From assembly GCA_002716125.1 (NCBI GenBank), contig PAZH01000079.1, forward strand, positions 39,644-103,643: a stretch of 64,000 bases of DNA. The letters are read 5' to 3'. The translations under genes and the position numbers were made by a program. Below, in pieces: positions 9,157 to 21,499 of this stretch (position 1 is the first letter of the stretch; every line of letters starts with the position of its first letter). This DNA comes from Rhodospirillaceae bacterium (lineage in GTDB: Bacteria; Pseudomonadota; Alphaproteobacteria; UBA8366). The notes under the pieces are model-generated. The model worked only from the letters and a program-made list of their open reading frames with translations. It was not told the DNA's origin and ran no database searches.

Positions 9157-12100
9157 ATGTATTTCGACTTACGGTTATGGAGCTATACCAAGGGTGTCCG
9201 CGGGCGGATTTATGGGGCCGTCGCGATCGGCACACTGGCGGTCCTGTTCGGTATCGCGCGCTTGGCATTGCTCGGCTGGCTGATCGCGCAAGTCTTCAAA
9301 GGCGTGCCGCTCGATGAGCTGATCCTGCCGTTTGTCGGCGTTGGCGCGGTCATGATCGTCCGAGGATGGCTCGAATATCTACGCACCATGGTCGCGCACA
9401 ACACAGCGGCGAAGGTCCAACTCCATCTCCGCTCGGTGATCTTCGATAAGGTCACGGAACTTGGGCCGGCGCATTTCGGCCTTGAGCGCACCGGCGACGC
9501 TATTCTGGCGATGATCGACGGCGTCGAACAACTCGAAATCTATTTTGGCCAATACCTGCCGCAGCTCATCGTCTCCGCCCTGACGCCGGTGATGATTTTC
9601 GGCGTTGTGGTGTTCCTCGACGTGCCGGTGGCCTTGGTGATGCTTGCGGCTGCGCTCTTGACGCTTATCGCGCCGCAGATATTCCATGGCTGGGATAAGA
9701 AAAACAGCCTCTCCCGTTCCCGCTCGTATAAAGCGTTCGCGGCGGAGTTTTTGGATTCCGTGCAAGGACTGGCGACCCTGAAATCCTTCGGGCAAAGCGG
9801 GCCACGCGCCAAAACGCTGAAAGAGAAGGCGGACCATCTCTTTAGCTCGACCATGTGGGTTCTGGCGACGAATTCGCTGGCGCGCGGGATCACGGATACC
9901 GGGATCGCGGTTGGCGCGGCGGCGACCTTGGCGCTCGGTGCGTTCCGGGTCGCGGACGGTAGCATGGATTTGGCGCCGCTGATCATGATCCTGATGCTCG
10001 GTGTCGAGGTTTATAAGCCGCTCCGCGATATGCGTTCATTGATGCACAACGGGATGGTGGCACAGGCGTCGGCCCAGACGATCTTTCACCTTCTCGACTC
10101 GCAAATTATCGTTAACGAGAAGACCGATGCACAATCCGTCGGCGCGATTGCGCCAACGGTCGCCTTCGAAGGTGTCAGCTTCGCCTATCCGGGTGGGCGC
10201 CGCGCCGCGCATGAAGGGCTCGATTTCGACGTTCAGGCCGGCGAGCGCGTCGGATTTGTGGGGCCGAGCGGCGTTGGCAAATCCTCGATCGTGCGTTTGC
10301 TGCTGCGCTTCTACGACCCGGATAAAGGGACAATCCGGATTGGCGGGCATGATCTCCGCGATTTGCCGTTTGAGGATATCCGCAGCCAGATCGCTGTGGT
10401 CAATCAAGATACCTATCTGTTCCACGGCACGGTCGAGGATAATCTCCGGGTCGGGAAGCCCAACGCCACAGATGCCGAAATCGAGGCCGCGTGCCGGGCG
10501 GCAAATGCGCATGATTTCGTCGAGAAACTACCGAACGGTTATGCAACGGTGATCGGCGAGCGCGGCATCCGCTTGTCGGGCGGACAGCGCCAACGCGTTG
10601 CCATCGCCCGCGCCATTCTGCGCGATGCGCCGATCTTGGTATTGGACGAAGCGCTGTCCGCCGTCGACGCGGAAAACGAAGCGATTATCCAAGATGCGCT
10701 GGACCGTCTGATGGAAGGCCGGACCACGCTGATCTTTGCGCACCGCCTATCGAGTGTAATCGGCTGCGACCGCATTCTGGTCCTCGACCAAGGCAAGGTT
10801 TCGGAGACCGGCAGCCACAACGAGCTGATGTTGCAGCGGGGCGTGTATCATCGGTTGATGGCGGCGCAAGCCGAAGAGAAGGTGGAGGGCGAGGTCGCGA
10901 TCGGCGGCGGCAAGCCGCTCGATACGGGCGGGACCGACGCACCGACATATAGCGAGGAGGCGCAGTTCGCCGCCACCGATGCGATTGTGAAGGCGGAAGG
11001 TCTCGGTTGGGCCGGGGCCACGCGCGAATTGATGAAGCACATTATCCCGTACAAAGGAAAGCTCGCGCTGACCTTCGGGTTTGGTGTGACCCGGGTCATC
11101 GCCTTTATCGGTATCGGCGCGGTTAGTGCGCTCGCCGTGCGGGCGGTCAAGACAGGCGAGCCTTTCGTCGATCTGCTCATCCTGTTGGCCGTCCTGGCGC
11201 CGGTGGCCGGTATCTTCCACTGGTTCGAATCCTGGATCGCGCACGACATGGCTTTCCGGCTTTTGGCGAAGATGCGGATCGCGCTTTTCGAAAAGCTCGA
11301 CCGTTTGGCGCCGGCCTACATGGTTCGCCGCCGGACCGGCGATATGGTCGCGATGGCGACCCACGACGTGGAGCTTGTGGAGTATTTCTTCGCGCACACG
11401 GTGGCGCCGGCTTTCGTCGCCATTCTCATTCCGAGTTTGGTCGTCGGTGTCCTGGTCTTTTTCGGCTGGGAATTGGCGGCGGCCTTGGCGCCTTTGCTGA
11501 TCTTGGTCGCAATCAGCCCGTTTTTCTTGCGCAAGCGGGTCGACGTCATGGGATCGAAAGCGCGCGAAGCCCTCGGTGAGTTGAACGCCCACGCCGTCGA
11601 CACGATCCAGGGGCTCGGCGAGATCATCGCCTTCCAGCGTATCCCAGAACGGCGGGCCGAACTGATCGAGCGAACGGAGAACCATCACACGGTCCGGCTG
11701 CCGTTTTTTCGCGACCTCACCTTGCAGACCACGTTTCTCGAAGTTGCGACTGGATTGGGCGGTCTGGCGGTTGTGGTCGCAGGCGCGACAATGGTCGATG
11801 CTGGCCGTCTCGAAAGCGGATACCTGCCGCTGCTCACCTTGCTTTCAATGGCGGCGTTTCTGCCGATCTCCGAAATCTCGAATGTGAGCCGTCAATTGGC
11901 GGATACGCTTGGTTCGACGCGCCGTCTCTATGCGGTCGACAACGAGCCGGTGCCAGTGACGGATGGGGACGGTGTGGCGCTTGATACGACAGGCGGCGGT
12001 CTGCCGATCGAACTCGAAGCCGTCGATTTTCAGTACGAGGGCGGTAATCGGCGCGCCTTGCACAGCGCGGGTTTCACCGTTCCCGCAGGCAAGACGGTCG

Positions 12101-12753
12101 CCCTCGTCGGCTCGTCCGGTGCCGGCAAGACGACGATTGCCCACCTTCTCATGCGGTTTTGGGATCCGGAAAGCGGGGCGATCCGCCTCGGTGGGCATGA
12201 TTTACGCGACTATGCGCTCGACGACCTGCGGAGCAAGCTCGCGCTTGTTGCGCAGGATACCTATCTCTTTAACGATACGCTTCGCGCCAATATTTTGATC
12301 GCCAATCCGGATGTGGACGAAGCGACGTTGATGGCGGCCGTGGAGCGTGCCTCGCTCGGTGAATTCGTCGCCGGATTGCCGGACGGGCTGGACACCAAAG
12401 TCGGTGAGCGGGGCATGAGCCTCTCTGGCGGCCAGCGTCAGCGGGTTCCGATCGCCCGCGCTTTCCTGAAGGACGCACCGGTATTGATTCTCGACGAAGC
12501 CACATCGCATTTGGACGCGGTGAATGAGCAGGCTGTCCGCGCGGCACTTGAAGAACTCATGGCCGATCGGACGACCATCGTAATCGCGCACCGTCTGTCG
12601 ACCGTGCGCAACGCGGACCTGATCGTGGCGTTGAACGAAGGCCGCGTCATCGAAACCGGGACGCATGACGAACTCCTCGCGAAGGGCGGTCTGTATGCCC
12701 AGCTCGTGGCCCACCAGTTGGCGGGTGCTGCCGGCCGATCTGCGGCGGATTAG
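9157..12753 (+). CDS. fused ABC exporter, CydD-like half plus CydC-like half (thiol-reductant exporter family)
   Basis: 1198 aa with two TMD-NBD units. It has two Walker A motifs (GPSGVGKSS, GSSGAGKTT) and two LSGGQRQRV signatures. TMD motifs such as YLPQ and KPLRD resemble E. coli CydD, and the second TMD resembles CydC (both from memory). Confidence 0.8.
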   Translation: MYFDLRLWSYTKGVRGRIYGAVAIGTLAVLFGIARLALLGWLIAQVFKGVPLDELILPFVGVGAVMIVRGWLEYLRTMVAHNTAAKVQLHLRSVIFDKVTELGPAHFGLERTGDAILAMIDGVEQLEIYFGQYLPQLIVSALTPVMIFGVVVFLDVPVALVMLAAALLTLIAPQIFHGWDKKNSLSRSRSYKAFAAEFLDSVQGLATLKSFGQSGPRAKTLKEKADHLFSSTMWVLATNSLARGITDTGIAVGAAATLALGAFRVADGSMDLAPLIMILMLGVEVYKPLRDMRSLMHNGMVAQASAQTIFHLLDSQIIVNEKTDAQSVGAIAPTVAFEGVSFAYPGGRRAAHEGLDFDVQAGERVGFVGPSGVGKSSIVRLLLRFYDPDKGTIRIGGHDLRDLPFEDIRSQIAVVNQDTYLFHGTVEDNLRVGKPNATDAEIEAACRAANAHDFVEKLPNGYATVIGERGIRLSGGQRQRVAIARAILRDAPILVLDEALSAVDAENEAIIQDALDRLMEGRTTLIFAHRLSSVIGCDRILVLDQGKVSETGSHNELMLQRGVYHRLMAAQAEEKVEGEVAIGGGKPLDTGGTDAPTYSEEAQFAATDAIVKAEGLGWAGATRELMKHIIPYKGKLALTFGFGVTRVIAFIGIGAVSALAVRAVKTGEPFVDLLILLAVLAPVAGIFHWFESWIAHDMAFRLLAKMRIALFEKLDRLAPAYMVRRRTGDMVAMATHDVELVEYFFAHTVAPAFVAILIPSLVVGVLVFFGWELAAALAPLLILVAISPFFLRKRVDVMGSKAREALGELNAHAVDTIQGLGEIIAFQRIPERRAELIERTENHHTVRLPFFRDLTLQTTFLEVATGLGGLAVVVAGATMVDAGRLESGYLPLLTLLSMAAFLPISEISNVSRQLADTLGSTRRLYAVDNEPVPVTDGDGVALDTTGGGLPIELEAVDFQYEGGNRRALHSAGFTVPAGKTVALVGSSGAGKTTIAHLLMRFWDPESGAIRLGGHDLRDYALDDLRSKLALVAQDTYLFNDTLRANILIANPDVDEATLMAAVERASLGEFVAGLPDGLDTKVGERGMSLSGGQRQRVPIARAFLKDAPVLILDEATSHLDAVNEQAVRAALEELMADRTTIVIAHRLSTVRNADLIVALNEGRVIETGTHDELLAKGGLYAQLVAHQLAGAAGRSAAD

Positions 12754-12881
12754 GGCGCATGATGACTCTATTGGTGTCACGGGAAGCATTGGGGCCAAAG
12801 CGTCCGAATCAGAAATCGTCGGTTACGCGGGTCCTGTCGCATGTCGTTAAGGCCGGCAGAAGGCTCCTGTCGCGGCAGTAA

Positions 12882-14492
12882 TTATCCCTTCGCATCCGCA
12901 AGGATCATATCGGCCCCTTTCTCGCCGATCACGATGGAAGGTGCGTTGGTGTTCGAGGTCGGCATGTTCGGCATGATCGAGCTATCGACCACACGCAGGC
13001 GTTCTGTCCCATAAACTTTCAATTGATGGTCTACGACATCCATGTCGCCTCGGCCCATGCGGCACGTGCTGATCGGATGCCAGGAGGTTTGCCCGCTTTG
13101 GCGTGCGTAGTCGAGCAGTCCCTCGTCATCCGCTACTTCGGGGCCGGGTCGGACTTCGCGGACGATATAGGGTGTGATTGCGGATTGCGATGCGACGTTG
13201 CGGACGAGCTTTAGCCCGCGCAAGGTCGTCTCCCGGTCCTCCGCCTCCGTGAGGTAATTCGCACGAATGATGGGTAGTTCGGCCGGATCGGTGCTGCGGG
13301 CATGCGTTGAGCCGCGCGACTTTGGATAAATCGGAAAGACGCCGATATTGAAACCGGAGAAGGGGTCTGTGCCGATCTTTTTGCTGCGCGCGTAGCGGTC
13401 CTTTCCGGAGACCAGCATGATTTGCAGTTTTATATCCGGATGGGTGAGCTCCGGGCGGCTCCGCATGATGGCGTGGACCGTGGCCGAGGAAATGGCCATC
13501 AATCCGTCGCCCTTCACCAAATACCGGGCCATAGCCATCGCACCGCGAATACGGCTGTTTAAGATGTCGTTGATCGTCACCTTCTGGTTGGTTTCGTAAG
13601 TGATGCGGGACTGGAGGTGATCGGTCAGGTTCTCGCCCACACCCGGCAATTCGTGGCGCAGGTCGATGCCGAGTGATTTCAGCAACTCCGGCTGTCCGAT
13701 GCCGCAGAGCTCGAGAATCTTCGGTGAGTTCATCGGCCCAGCCGAGAGGATTACTTCGCCTCGCGCATGGACTTTTTTCGAAATACCGTTTGCGCGATAG
13801 CGGAGACCGACGGCGCGGCGTCCTTCGAAGATGATCTGTTCCGCGAGGGCGTGGGTCTCCACTTTTAGATTGGTGCGCCCGCGCGCGGGCTTCAGGTAGC
13901 CGACGGCGGTAGAGTTACGCCGACCGTTTCGGGTCGAATACTGCAGCCAGCTGACGCCTTCGTACTTCACATTGTAATCGTCATTGGATTCTGCACCGGC
14001 TTGTACGCAGGCTTCACGGAAGGCGGCGGAAAGCGGGTCGCGGTAATTGCCGCTGGAGACGCGGATCGGTCCGCCTTGACCGCGGTCCGGATGATCGCTC
14101 TCCGGGCGGTCTTCGATCTTGCGGAAATAGGGCAGCAGTTCCTCATAACCCCATCCGGGCTCGTTGCCGTCGCGCCACTCGTCGTATTTGTGCGGGGCGC
14201 CGCGCACGTACAGCATCCCGTTTACCGAGCTGGAGCCGCCGAGTAATTTTCCCCGCGGCCAATAAACGGTTTGATCGTGGAGTTCGGCTTCGGGTTCGGT
14301 GTTGAAGCCCCACACGAATTTCGGATCCGTCAGGAGGCGTCCGACACCAAGGGGAATGTGAACCCAATGGTGATTGTCCTTGCCGCCCGCCTCCAAAAGC
14401 AGAACGGTGTATTGGCCGGATTCAGAAAGCCGGGCGGCGAGCGCCGCACCCGACGAGCCTGCGCCCACGACGATGAAATCGAAACTGTCCAA
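12882..14492 (-). CDS. GMC family oxidoreductase (choline dehydrogenase-like)
   Basis: N-terminal FAD motif FDFIVVGAGSSGAALAARLSE and a C-terminal GMC signature around HPISTCRMG. 536 aa. Confidence 0.9.
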   Translation of the reverse strand: MDSFDFIVVGAGSSGAALAARLSESGQYTVLLLEAGGKDNHHWVHIPLGVGRLLTDPKFVWGFNTEPEAELHDQTVYWPRGKLLGGSSSVNGMLYVRGAPHKYDEWRDGNEPGWGYEELLPYFRKIEDRPESDHPDRGQGGPIRVSSGNYRDPLSAAFREACVQAGAESNDDYNVKYEGVSWLQYSTRNGRRNSTAVGYLKPARGRTNLKVETHALAEQIIFEGRRAVGLRYRANGISKKVHARGEVILSAGPMNSPKILELCGIGQPELLKSLGIDLRHELPGVGENLTDHLQSRITYETNQKVTINDILNSRIRGAMAMARYLVKGDGLMAISSATVHAIMRSRPELTHPDIKLQIMLVSGKDRYARSKKIGTDPFSGFNIGVFPIYPKSRGSTHARSTDPAELPIIRANYLTEAEDRETTLRGLKLVRNVASQSAITPYIVREVRPGPEVADDEGLLDYARQSGQTSWHPISTCRMGRGDMDVVDHQLKVYGTERLRVVDSSIMPNMPTSNTNAPSIVIGEKGADMILADAKG

Positions 14493-14579
14493 GAAACCCG
14501 TCTCCTTGATAGGTTGCGGCTAGAGAAGTAGCGGCGATCCGTGGAAAGGCTAACGCTAAATGAGACGCAGGAGCACGAC

Positions 14580-15428
14580 ATGTCGATGAAGGAAAAATCG
14601 GTCCATTGCTTGGGAAAGGCCGGATTTCACCAGATCGCCTATACCGAATGGGGCGCGCCGGAGGCGGCGCGGACCCTGATCTGCGTTCACGGATTGACGC
14701 GGAACGGGCGCGATTTCGACACCCTGGCGTCGGCGCTGGAGGATCAGTACCGAATCATTTGTCCCGACGTCGTCGGTCGGGGAAAGAGCGATTGGCTACA
14801 AAGCGGATCCGAATATCAAAATCCGAACTATCTGGCGGACCTCGCGACCTTGTTGGCGAAGACCGGCGCGCGAGAGGTCGATTGGCTTGGTACATCGATG
14901 GGCGGCATTCTCGGCATGCTGATGGCGACGGTCCCTGGCAATCCGATCAAGCGGCTGATTATCAATGACGTGGGGCCCTTTTTGCCAAAAGCCGCGTTGG
15001 AGCGGATCGCGAGCTATACCGGCAACGCCCCAGACTTTGATGATCTGGCAGCACTCGAAAGCTATCTCCGCGACGTACACGCGACGTTCGGTGACCTGAC
15101 CGACGGGCAGTGGCGGCATATGGCGGAGACCAGCCACCGCACGCTCGAGGGCGGTAAAGTCGCGCTCGCCTACGATCCGGCGATCGGCGACAATTTTCGG
15201 GCGGGGCCGCTCGACGATGTCGATATGTGGGGCTTCTGGGATCTCATTCGTTGTCCGACCCTCGTCCTCCGGGGCGAGACATCCGATCTATTGCGTCAGG
15301 AGGACGCTGAAGCCATGACACAACGCGGCCCGAAAGCCGAGTTGGTTGAAATTCCCGGCTGTGGCCATGCCCCGGCCCTGATGGCGGCCGATCAGATCGC
15401 GATTGTAAGAGATTGGCTGAATCGTTGA
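14580..15428 (+). CDS. alpha/beta hydrolase
   Basis: ATG at 14580 follows AGGAG. It has the nucleophile elbow GTSMGG and a C-terminal GCGHAP histidine motif. Confidence 0.8.
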   Translation: MSMKEKSVHCLGKAGFHQIAYTEWGAPEAARTLICVHGLTRNGRDFDTLASALEDQYRIICPDVVGRGKSDWLQSGSEYQNPNYLADLATLLAKTGAREVDWLGTSMGGILGMLMATVPGNPIKRLIINDVGPFLPKAALERIASYTGNAPDFDDLAALESYLRDVHATFGDLTDGQWRHMAETSHRTLEGGKVALAYDPAIGDNFRAGPLDDVDMWGFWDLIRCPTLVLRGETSDLLRQEDAEAMTQRGPKAELVEIPGCGHAPALMAADQIAIVRDWLNR

Positions 15429-15510
15429 ATCGCCCCGCGCGAGGAAACCTGATTAACGCCCGCAAGGAAATGTCTTCCCCCTTAAGGGGGGAAGGTTAGG
15501 ATGGGGTGAC

Positions 15511-17607
<2,097 letters not shown>

Positions 17608-17674
17608 TTACGCCGCTGTGGGGAAGGGGGCAACGGGCGGCGGTGTCGCAGGCGGTCCAACGATGTTTATGGCG

Positions 17675-17758
17675 CATCCTTCGGCAGGCTCAGGATGAGG
17701 TGTCCATGTATGTCGCCTCATCCGGAGGAGGCCGCGAAAGCGCGGGTCACGAAGGATG
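17675..17758. repeat. REP-like imperfect palindromic element (CATCCTTCG ... CGAAGGATG)
   Basis: The outer arms catccttcg / cgaaggatg and the inner arms ggatgagg / cctcatcc are perfect inverted repeats. The sequence type (ctcatcctgagcctgccgaaggatg) is a repeat I recognise from alphaproteobacterial intergenic regions. Confidence 0.5.
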
Positions 17759-17822
17759 TCATCCGCCCAATTGACTCCCAGCCACCCCCGCCTATCATCC
17801 GGGCGCGAAGGAGGCCGGGGTT

Positions 17823-18962
17823 ATGGATTTCGAGTTGAACGAGGAGCAGCGGGCGTTTCAGGACGCGGCACGGGCATTTGCGGAGGATGTTTTCGCGCCG
17901 AATGCTGCGGCATGGGACGAGAATTCGATCTTCCCGGTCGAGGAATTGCGCCAGGCGGCGACCCTCGGATTTGCCGGGATTTATTGCGGCGAGGCGCACG
18001 GCGGCTCCGATCTAAAGCGCCAGGATGCGACCGTCATCTTCGAGGAGCTTGCCGCCGGATGCACTTCGACCTCGGCCTATATCTCGATCCATAACATGGC
18101 GAGCTGGATGATCGACTGCTTTGGCAATGACGAACAGCGCGCCCGCTTCCTGCCGAAATTGATGACGATGGAGCATTTCGCGAGCTATTGCCTGACGGAA
18201 CCGGGCTCGGGCTCGGACGCGGCGGCGCTCAAGACGACAGCGAAGCGCGACGGGGATCACTATGTGCTCAACGGCTCGAAAGCGTTCATCTCGGGCGGCT
18301 CGACCAGCGATGTCTATGTGACCATGGTGCGGACCGGCGACGACAGCCCTAGGGGAATTTCCTGCATCGCCATCGAGAAGGATGCGCCAGGCCTGTCCTT
18401 CGGCAAGCGCGAGCATAAGATGGGCTGGAACAGTCAGCCGACAGCCGCCGTCATTTTCGAGGACTGCCGCGTGCCGGTGGCCAACCGGATTGGCGAAGAG
18501 GGGGATGGGTTCAAGATCGCGATGAAGGGGCTCGATGGCGGGCGAATCAATATCGCGTCCTGTTCGATCGGGGCAGCCCGCAAATGCCTCGACCTCGCGC
18601 GTGATTATATGTTGGAGCGCAAGCAGTTCGGTCAACGATTGGCGGACTTCCAAGCCCTTCAATTCAAGCTGGCGGATATGGCGACGGAGCTGGAGGCGGC
18701 GCGCCTCATGGTCCACCGCGCGGCCGCGAGCCTGGATGCCGGCGATCCAAATGCAACGATGTACGCCTCGATGGCAAAACGTTTCGCGACCGATGTCGGT
18801 TTTAAGGTCTGCAACGATGCGCTGCAGCTGCACGGCGGTTACGGCTATATCAAGGAGTATCCGATCGAGCGGCACCTGCGCGATGTCCGCGTACATCAGA
18901 TCCTGGAAGGAACCAACGAAATCATGCGCCTGATCATCTCCCGAAAGCTGCTCGACGGATGA
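17823..18962 (+). CDS. acyl-CoA dehydrogenase (isobutyryl-CoA dehydrogenase-like)
   Basis: ATG follows AGGAGG. ACAD motifs are present ([20 protein letters not shown] and the catalytic-Glu context ILEGTNEI). The downstream context is valine catabolism. Confidence 0.9.
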   Translation: MDFELNEEQRAFQDAARAFAEDVFAPNAAAWDENSIFPVEELRQAATLGFAGIYCGEAHGGSDLKRQDATVIFEELAAGCTSTSAYISIHNMASWMIDCFGNDEQRARFLPKLMTMEHFASYCLTEPGSGSDAAALKTTAKRDGDHYVLNGSKAFISGGSTSDVYVTMVRTGDDSPRGISCIAIEKDAPGLSFGKREHKMGWNSQPTAAVIFEDCRVPVANRIGEEGDGFKIAMKGLDGGRINIASCSIGAARKCLDLARDYMLERKQFGQRLADFQALQFKLADMATELEAARLMVHRAAASLDAGDPNATMYASMAKRFATDVGFKVCNDALQLHGGYGYIKEYPIERHLRDVRVHQILEGTNEIMRLIISRKLLDG

Positions 18963-19999
18963 GTGACGAGCCGGAAATTCTCTTCGACCTCCGCGACGGT
19001 GTCGCGGAAGTCACGCTCAACCGGCCACAGGCGTTAAATGCGCTGACACTCGATATGGTACGCGTCTTCGATCCGCAACTCGCCGCCTGGGAGACGGACG
19101 ATGCGGTCCGTGCCGTGGTCGTTCGCGGGGCCGGCGATAAGGCATTCTGCGCCGGCGGCGATATCCAGAAGCTCTATGACGGCGGACCTCGGAGTCCGAT
19201 CACGCAAGACTTCTTCCGCGAGGAATACCGACTTAACCGACGTATTCACAATTACCCAAAGCCGTACATCGCGATCATGGATGGGATTACCATGGGCGGC
19301 GGCGTCGGGCTTTCCGTTCATGCGGGGACGCGGATTGCGGCCGACAACACGATGTTTGCCATGCCGGAGACCGGGATCGGTCTCTTCCCGGATGTGGGCG
19401 GCAGCTGGTTCTTGCCGCGCCTGCCGGGCGAGATCGGCATGTATATGGCGATGACCGGGGCGCGACTGAGACCCGCCGACTGCGTTTATGCGGAAATCTG
19501 CGACGCCTATATGCCGAGCGACCGCCACGATGATTTTATCGCCGAACTCCGTGCCGGCGCGGCTGTCGACACCACACTCGCCAGATTGTCCAAAGCGCCG
19601 GGCGATGCTGCGCTGGCTGAAGCCCGCGAGGCCATTGATGGATGTTTTGCGGGCGGTTCGGTTGAGGAAATACTCGCCGCGCTCGACGCGGACGGCGGTG
19701 AGTGGCCAGCGAAGCAGCTCGGAATTATGGCGGGGAAATCGCCTACAGCGCAAAAAGTCGCGCATCGCCAGTTGCGCGAAGGCGCTACGCTCGCCTTCGA
19801 CGACTGTATGATCATGGAATACCGCATGGCGCAGTGCTTTATGGAAGGCGGCGATTTCTTCGAAGGGGTTCGCGCCGTCGTCGTGGACAAGGATATGGCC
19901 CCCAAATGGTCGCCGGCATCGCTAAGTGACCTTTCCGATGCGGATGTGGCGCGCTACTTTGCGCCGCTCGGCGAGCGCGACTTAACCTTCCCGGATTGA
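18959..19999 (+). CDS. enoyl-CoA hydratase/isomerase family protein, 3-hydroxyisobutyryl-CoA hydrolase type
   Basis: ATGA overlap with the upstream gene. Crotonase motifs FCAGGDI and [11 protein letters not shown], with a length of about 345 aa typical of HIBCH. Confidence 0.85.
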   Translation: MSDEPEILFDLRDGVAEVTLNRPQALNALTLDMVRVFDPQLAAWETDDAVRAVVVRGAGDKAFCAGGDIQKLYDGGPRSPITQDFFREEYRLNRRIHNYPKPYIAIMDGITMGGGVGLSVHAGTRIAADNTMFAMPETGIGLFPDVGGSWFLPRLPGEIGMYMAMTGARLRPADCVYAEICDAYMPSDRHDDFIAELRAGAAVDTTLARLSKAPGDAALAEAREAIDGCFAGGSVEEILAALDADGGEWPAKQLGIMAGKSPTAQKVAHRQLREGATLAFDDCMIMEYRMAQCFMEGGDFFEGVRAVVVDKDMAPKWSPASLSDLSDADVARYFAPLGERDLTFPD

Positions 20000-20070
20000 G
20001 GGCGGGCTTTTAGAATAACGGCAATACAGACCGCCGTCCGCGATGCGACGGCCGGATAGGGAGAGAAGAC

Positions 20071-20967
20071 ATGGCGAAAATTGGTTTCATTGGCGTCGGC
20101 AATATGGGCGGCCCCATGGCGACGAACCTGATCAAGGACGGCCATGAGGTGAAGGCTTTTGACGTGGTCGGGCAGACCTTGAGCCGGATCGTGAATGCAG
20201 GTGCCGCGCAAGCGTCGAGCCCGGCGGATGCCGCGAGCGATGTCGAGGCCGTCGTCACGATGCTGCCGGCCGGCCAACACGTAAGCGATGTGTATACGGG
20301 AACGGGCGAAGTGCTCGGGAACCTGGCGCCCGGCACGCTGATTATCGATTCATCCACAATCGACGTTGCGACGTCGCGGGAAATGCATGCTGCGGCGGCG
20401 GATGCCGGTTTCGACATGCTGGATGCACCGGTCTCCGGCGGTGTGACGGGAGCCGAAGCGGGCACTCTGACCATCATGTGCGGCGGTTCCGCGGAGACCT
20501 TCGCGCGCGCGAAGCCCTATCTCGACGTCATGGGTAAGAACATCTTCCATGCCGGCGGTCCCGGCGCCGGGCAAGCGGCGAAAGCTTGCAACAACATGTT
20601 GTTGGCGATCAACATGATCGGTCTTAGCGAGGCGTTCAATCTGTCGGATGCGCTGGGCCTCGAGCGTCAGACTTTGTTCGATATCGTCAGCACGGCATCA
20701 GGCGGCAGCTGGGCGCTCTCCAACTATACGCCGGTGCCGGAACTGGTCCCGACCACGCCGGCGAACAATAACTTCAATCCGGGCTTCACCGGCGCGATGA
20801 TGCTCAAGGACCTGAAATTGAGCCAAGATGCGGCGCAAAGTCTGGATGTTTCCTCGCCCCTCGGCGCGGCGGCGACCATGCTTTTCAGCCTATACTGCAA
20901 CGAAGGCCACGACGCGGACGATTTTTCGGGTATTATCCGTATGCTTCGCGGCAAGAAGGTCGACTAG
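20071..20967 (+). CDS. mmsB: 3-hydroxyisobutyrate dehydrogenase
   Basis: N-terminal Rossmann motif IGFIGVGNMGGPMATNL, the HIBADH family pattern (DAPVSGG, KACNNM), and its position after the two genes above. Confidence 0.85.
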   Translation: MAKIGFIGVGNMGGPMATNLIKDGHEVKAFDVVGQTLSRIVNAGAAQASSPADAASDVEAVVTMLPAGQHVSDVYTGTGEVLGNLAPGTLIIDSSTIDVATSREMHAAAADAGFDMLDAPVSGGVTGAEAGTLTIMCGGSAETFARAKPYLDVMGKNIFHAGGPGAGQAAKACNNMLLAINMIGLSEAFNLSDALGLERQTLFDIVSTASGGSWALSNYTPVPELVPTTPANNNFNPGFTGAMMLKDLKLSQDAAQSLDVSSPLGAAATMLFSLYCNEGHDADDFSGIIRMLRGKKVD

Positions 20968-21001
20968 CGGGTCAAGTGCCCGGTTGGGATAGGAGACGGT
21001 A

Positions 21002-21499
21002 TTGGAGATCGACGAGTATCTAAGCGCGATCCGTATGATCGAGCGGCTGCACCGCCAGTTCTTGGAAATGGTGCGTAAGATCCTCGACGCGGAAGGTGTG
21101 CGCGATCTCAACGCGGCGCAGGCGGTCGTCCTCTATCACATCGGCGAGGACGACGTGACCGTCGGCGAACTCACGAACCGAGGCTACTATCTCGGTTCCA
21201 ACCCGTCCTATAACGTCCGCAAGATGGCCGAGGCCGATTACCTAATTCAGGAACGCTCGGCCCATGACAAACGGTCGACCCGGTTGCGGCTTTCGGAGAA
21301 GGGACTGGAGGTCCGCGGCAAGCTGCAGGACATGTTCAACCGTCAGACCATGGCGCTCGGACCTGATTCCGTCTCGGAAGACGACCTGCGGACGGCAAAC
21401 GAAATTCTCGCCCGGCTCGAGTGGTTCTGGGGTGGCGGCCAAGGCTTCGGCGGTGGGCCTCAAGGCTTCGGTGGCGGCGGCGGCGTCGGGTTTTTCTGA
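21002..21499 (+). CDS. MarR-like winged-helix regulator with a Gly-rich C-terminal tail
   Basis: The wHTH core (TVGELTNRGYYLGSNPSYNVRKMAEADYLIQERSAHDKRSTRLRLSEKG) resembles a conserved proteobacterial MarR-like family. The start is TTG 21002, with ATG 21035 as an alternative. The tail reads GGGQGFGGGPQGFGGGGGVGFF. Confidence 0.65.
   Translation: MEIDEYLSAIRMIERLHRQFLEMVRKILDAEGVRDLNAAQAVVLYHIGEDDVTVGELTNRGYYLGSNPSYNVRKMAEADYLIQERSAHDKRSTRLRLSEKGLEVRGKLQDMFNRQTMALGPDSVSEDDLRTANEILARLEWFWGGGQGFGGGPQGFGGGGGVGFF

Noticed and set aside
10747-11688. 313-aa minus-strand ORF inside the ABC exporter gene. Similar antisense ORFs occur at 1001-2059, 18012-18896, 23215-23958, 26818-27738, 39643-40374, 42853-43719 and 54412-54993.
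   Set aside because: All of them overlap well-supported genes on the other strand or in another frame, lack SD sequences and have skewed Arg/Pro/Gly composition.
15474-15494. Strong GC hairpin (cttccccc-ttaag-gggggaag) between the two alpha/beta hydrolase genes, considered as a terminator or SD-sequestering structure
   Set aside because: No U-tract follows. The likely SD of the downstream gene (AGGA at about 15498) lies outside the stem. This is not enough to call a function.
17823-20967. The valine-catabolism trio lacks methylmalonate-semialdehyde dehydrogenase (mmsA), which I considered as an anomaly
   Set aside because: mmsA is often encoded elsewhere, so its absence from a 64-kb window is not informative.
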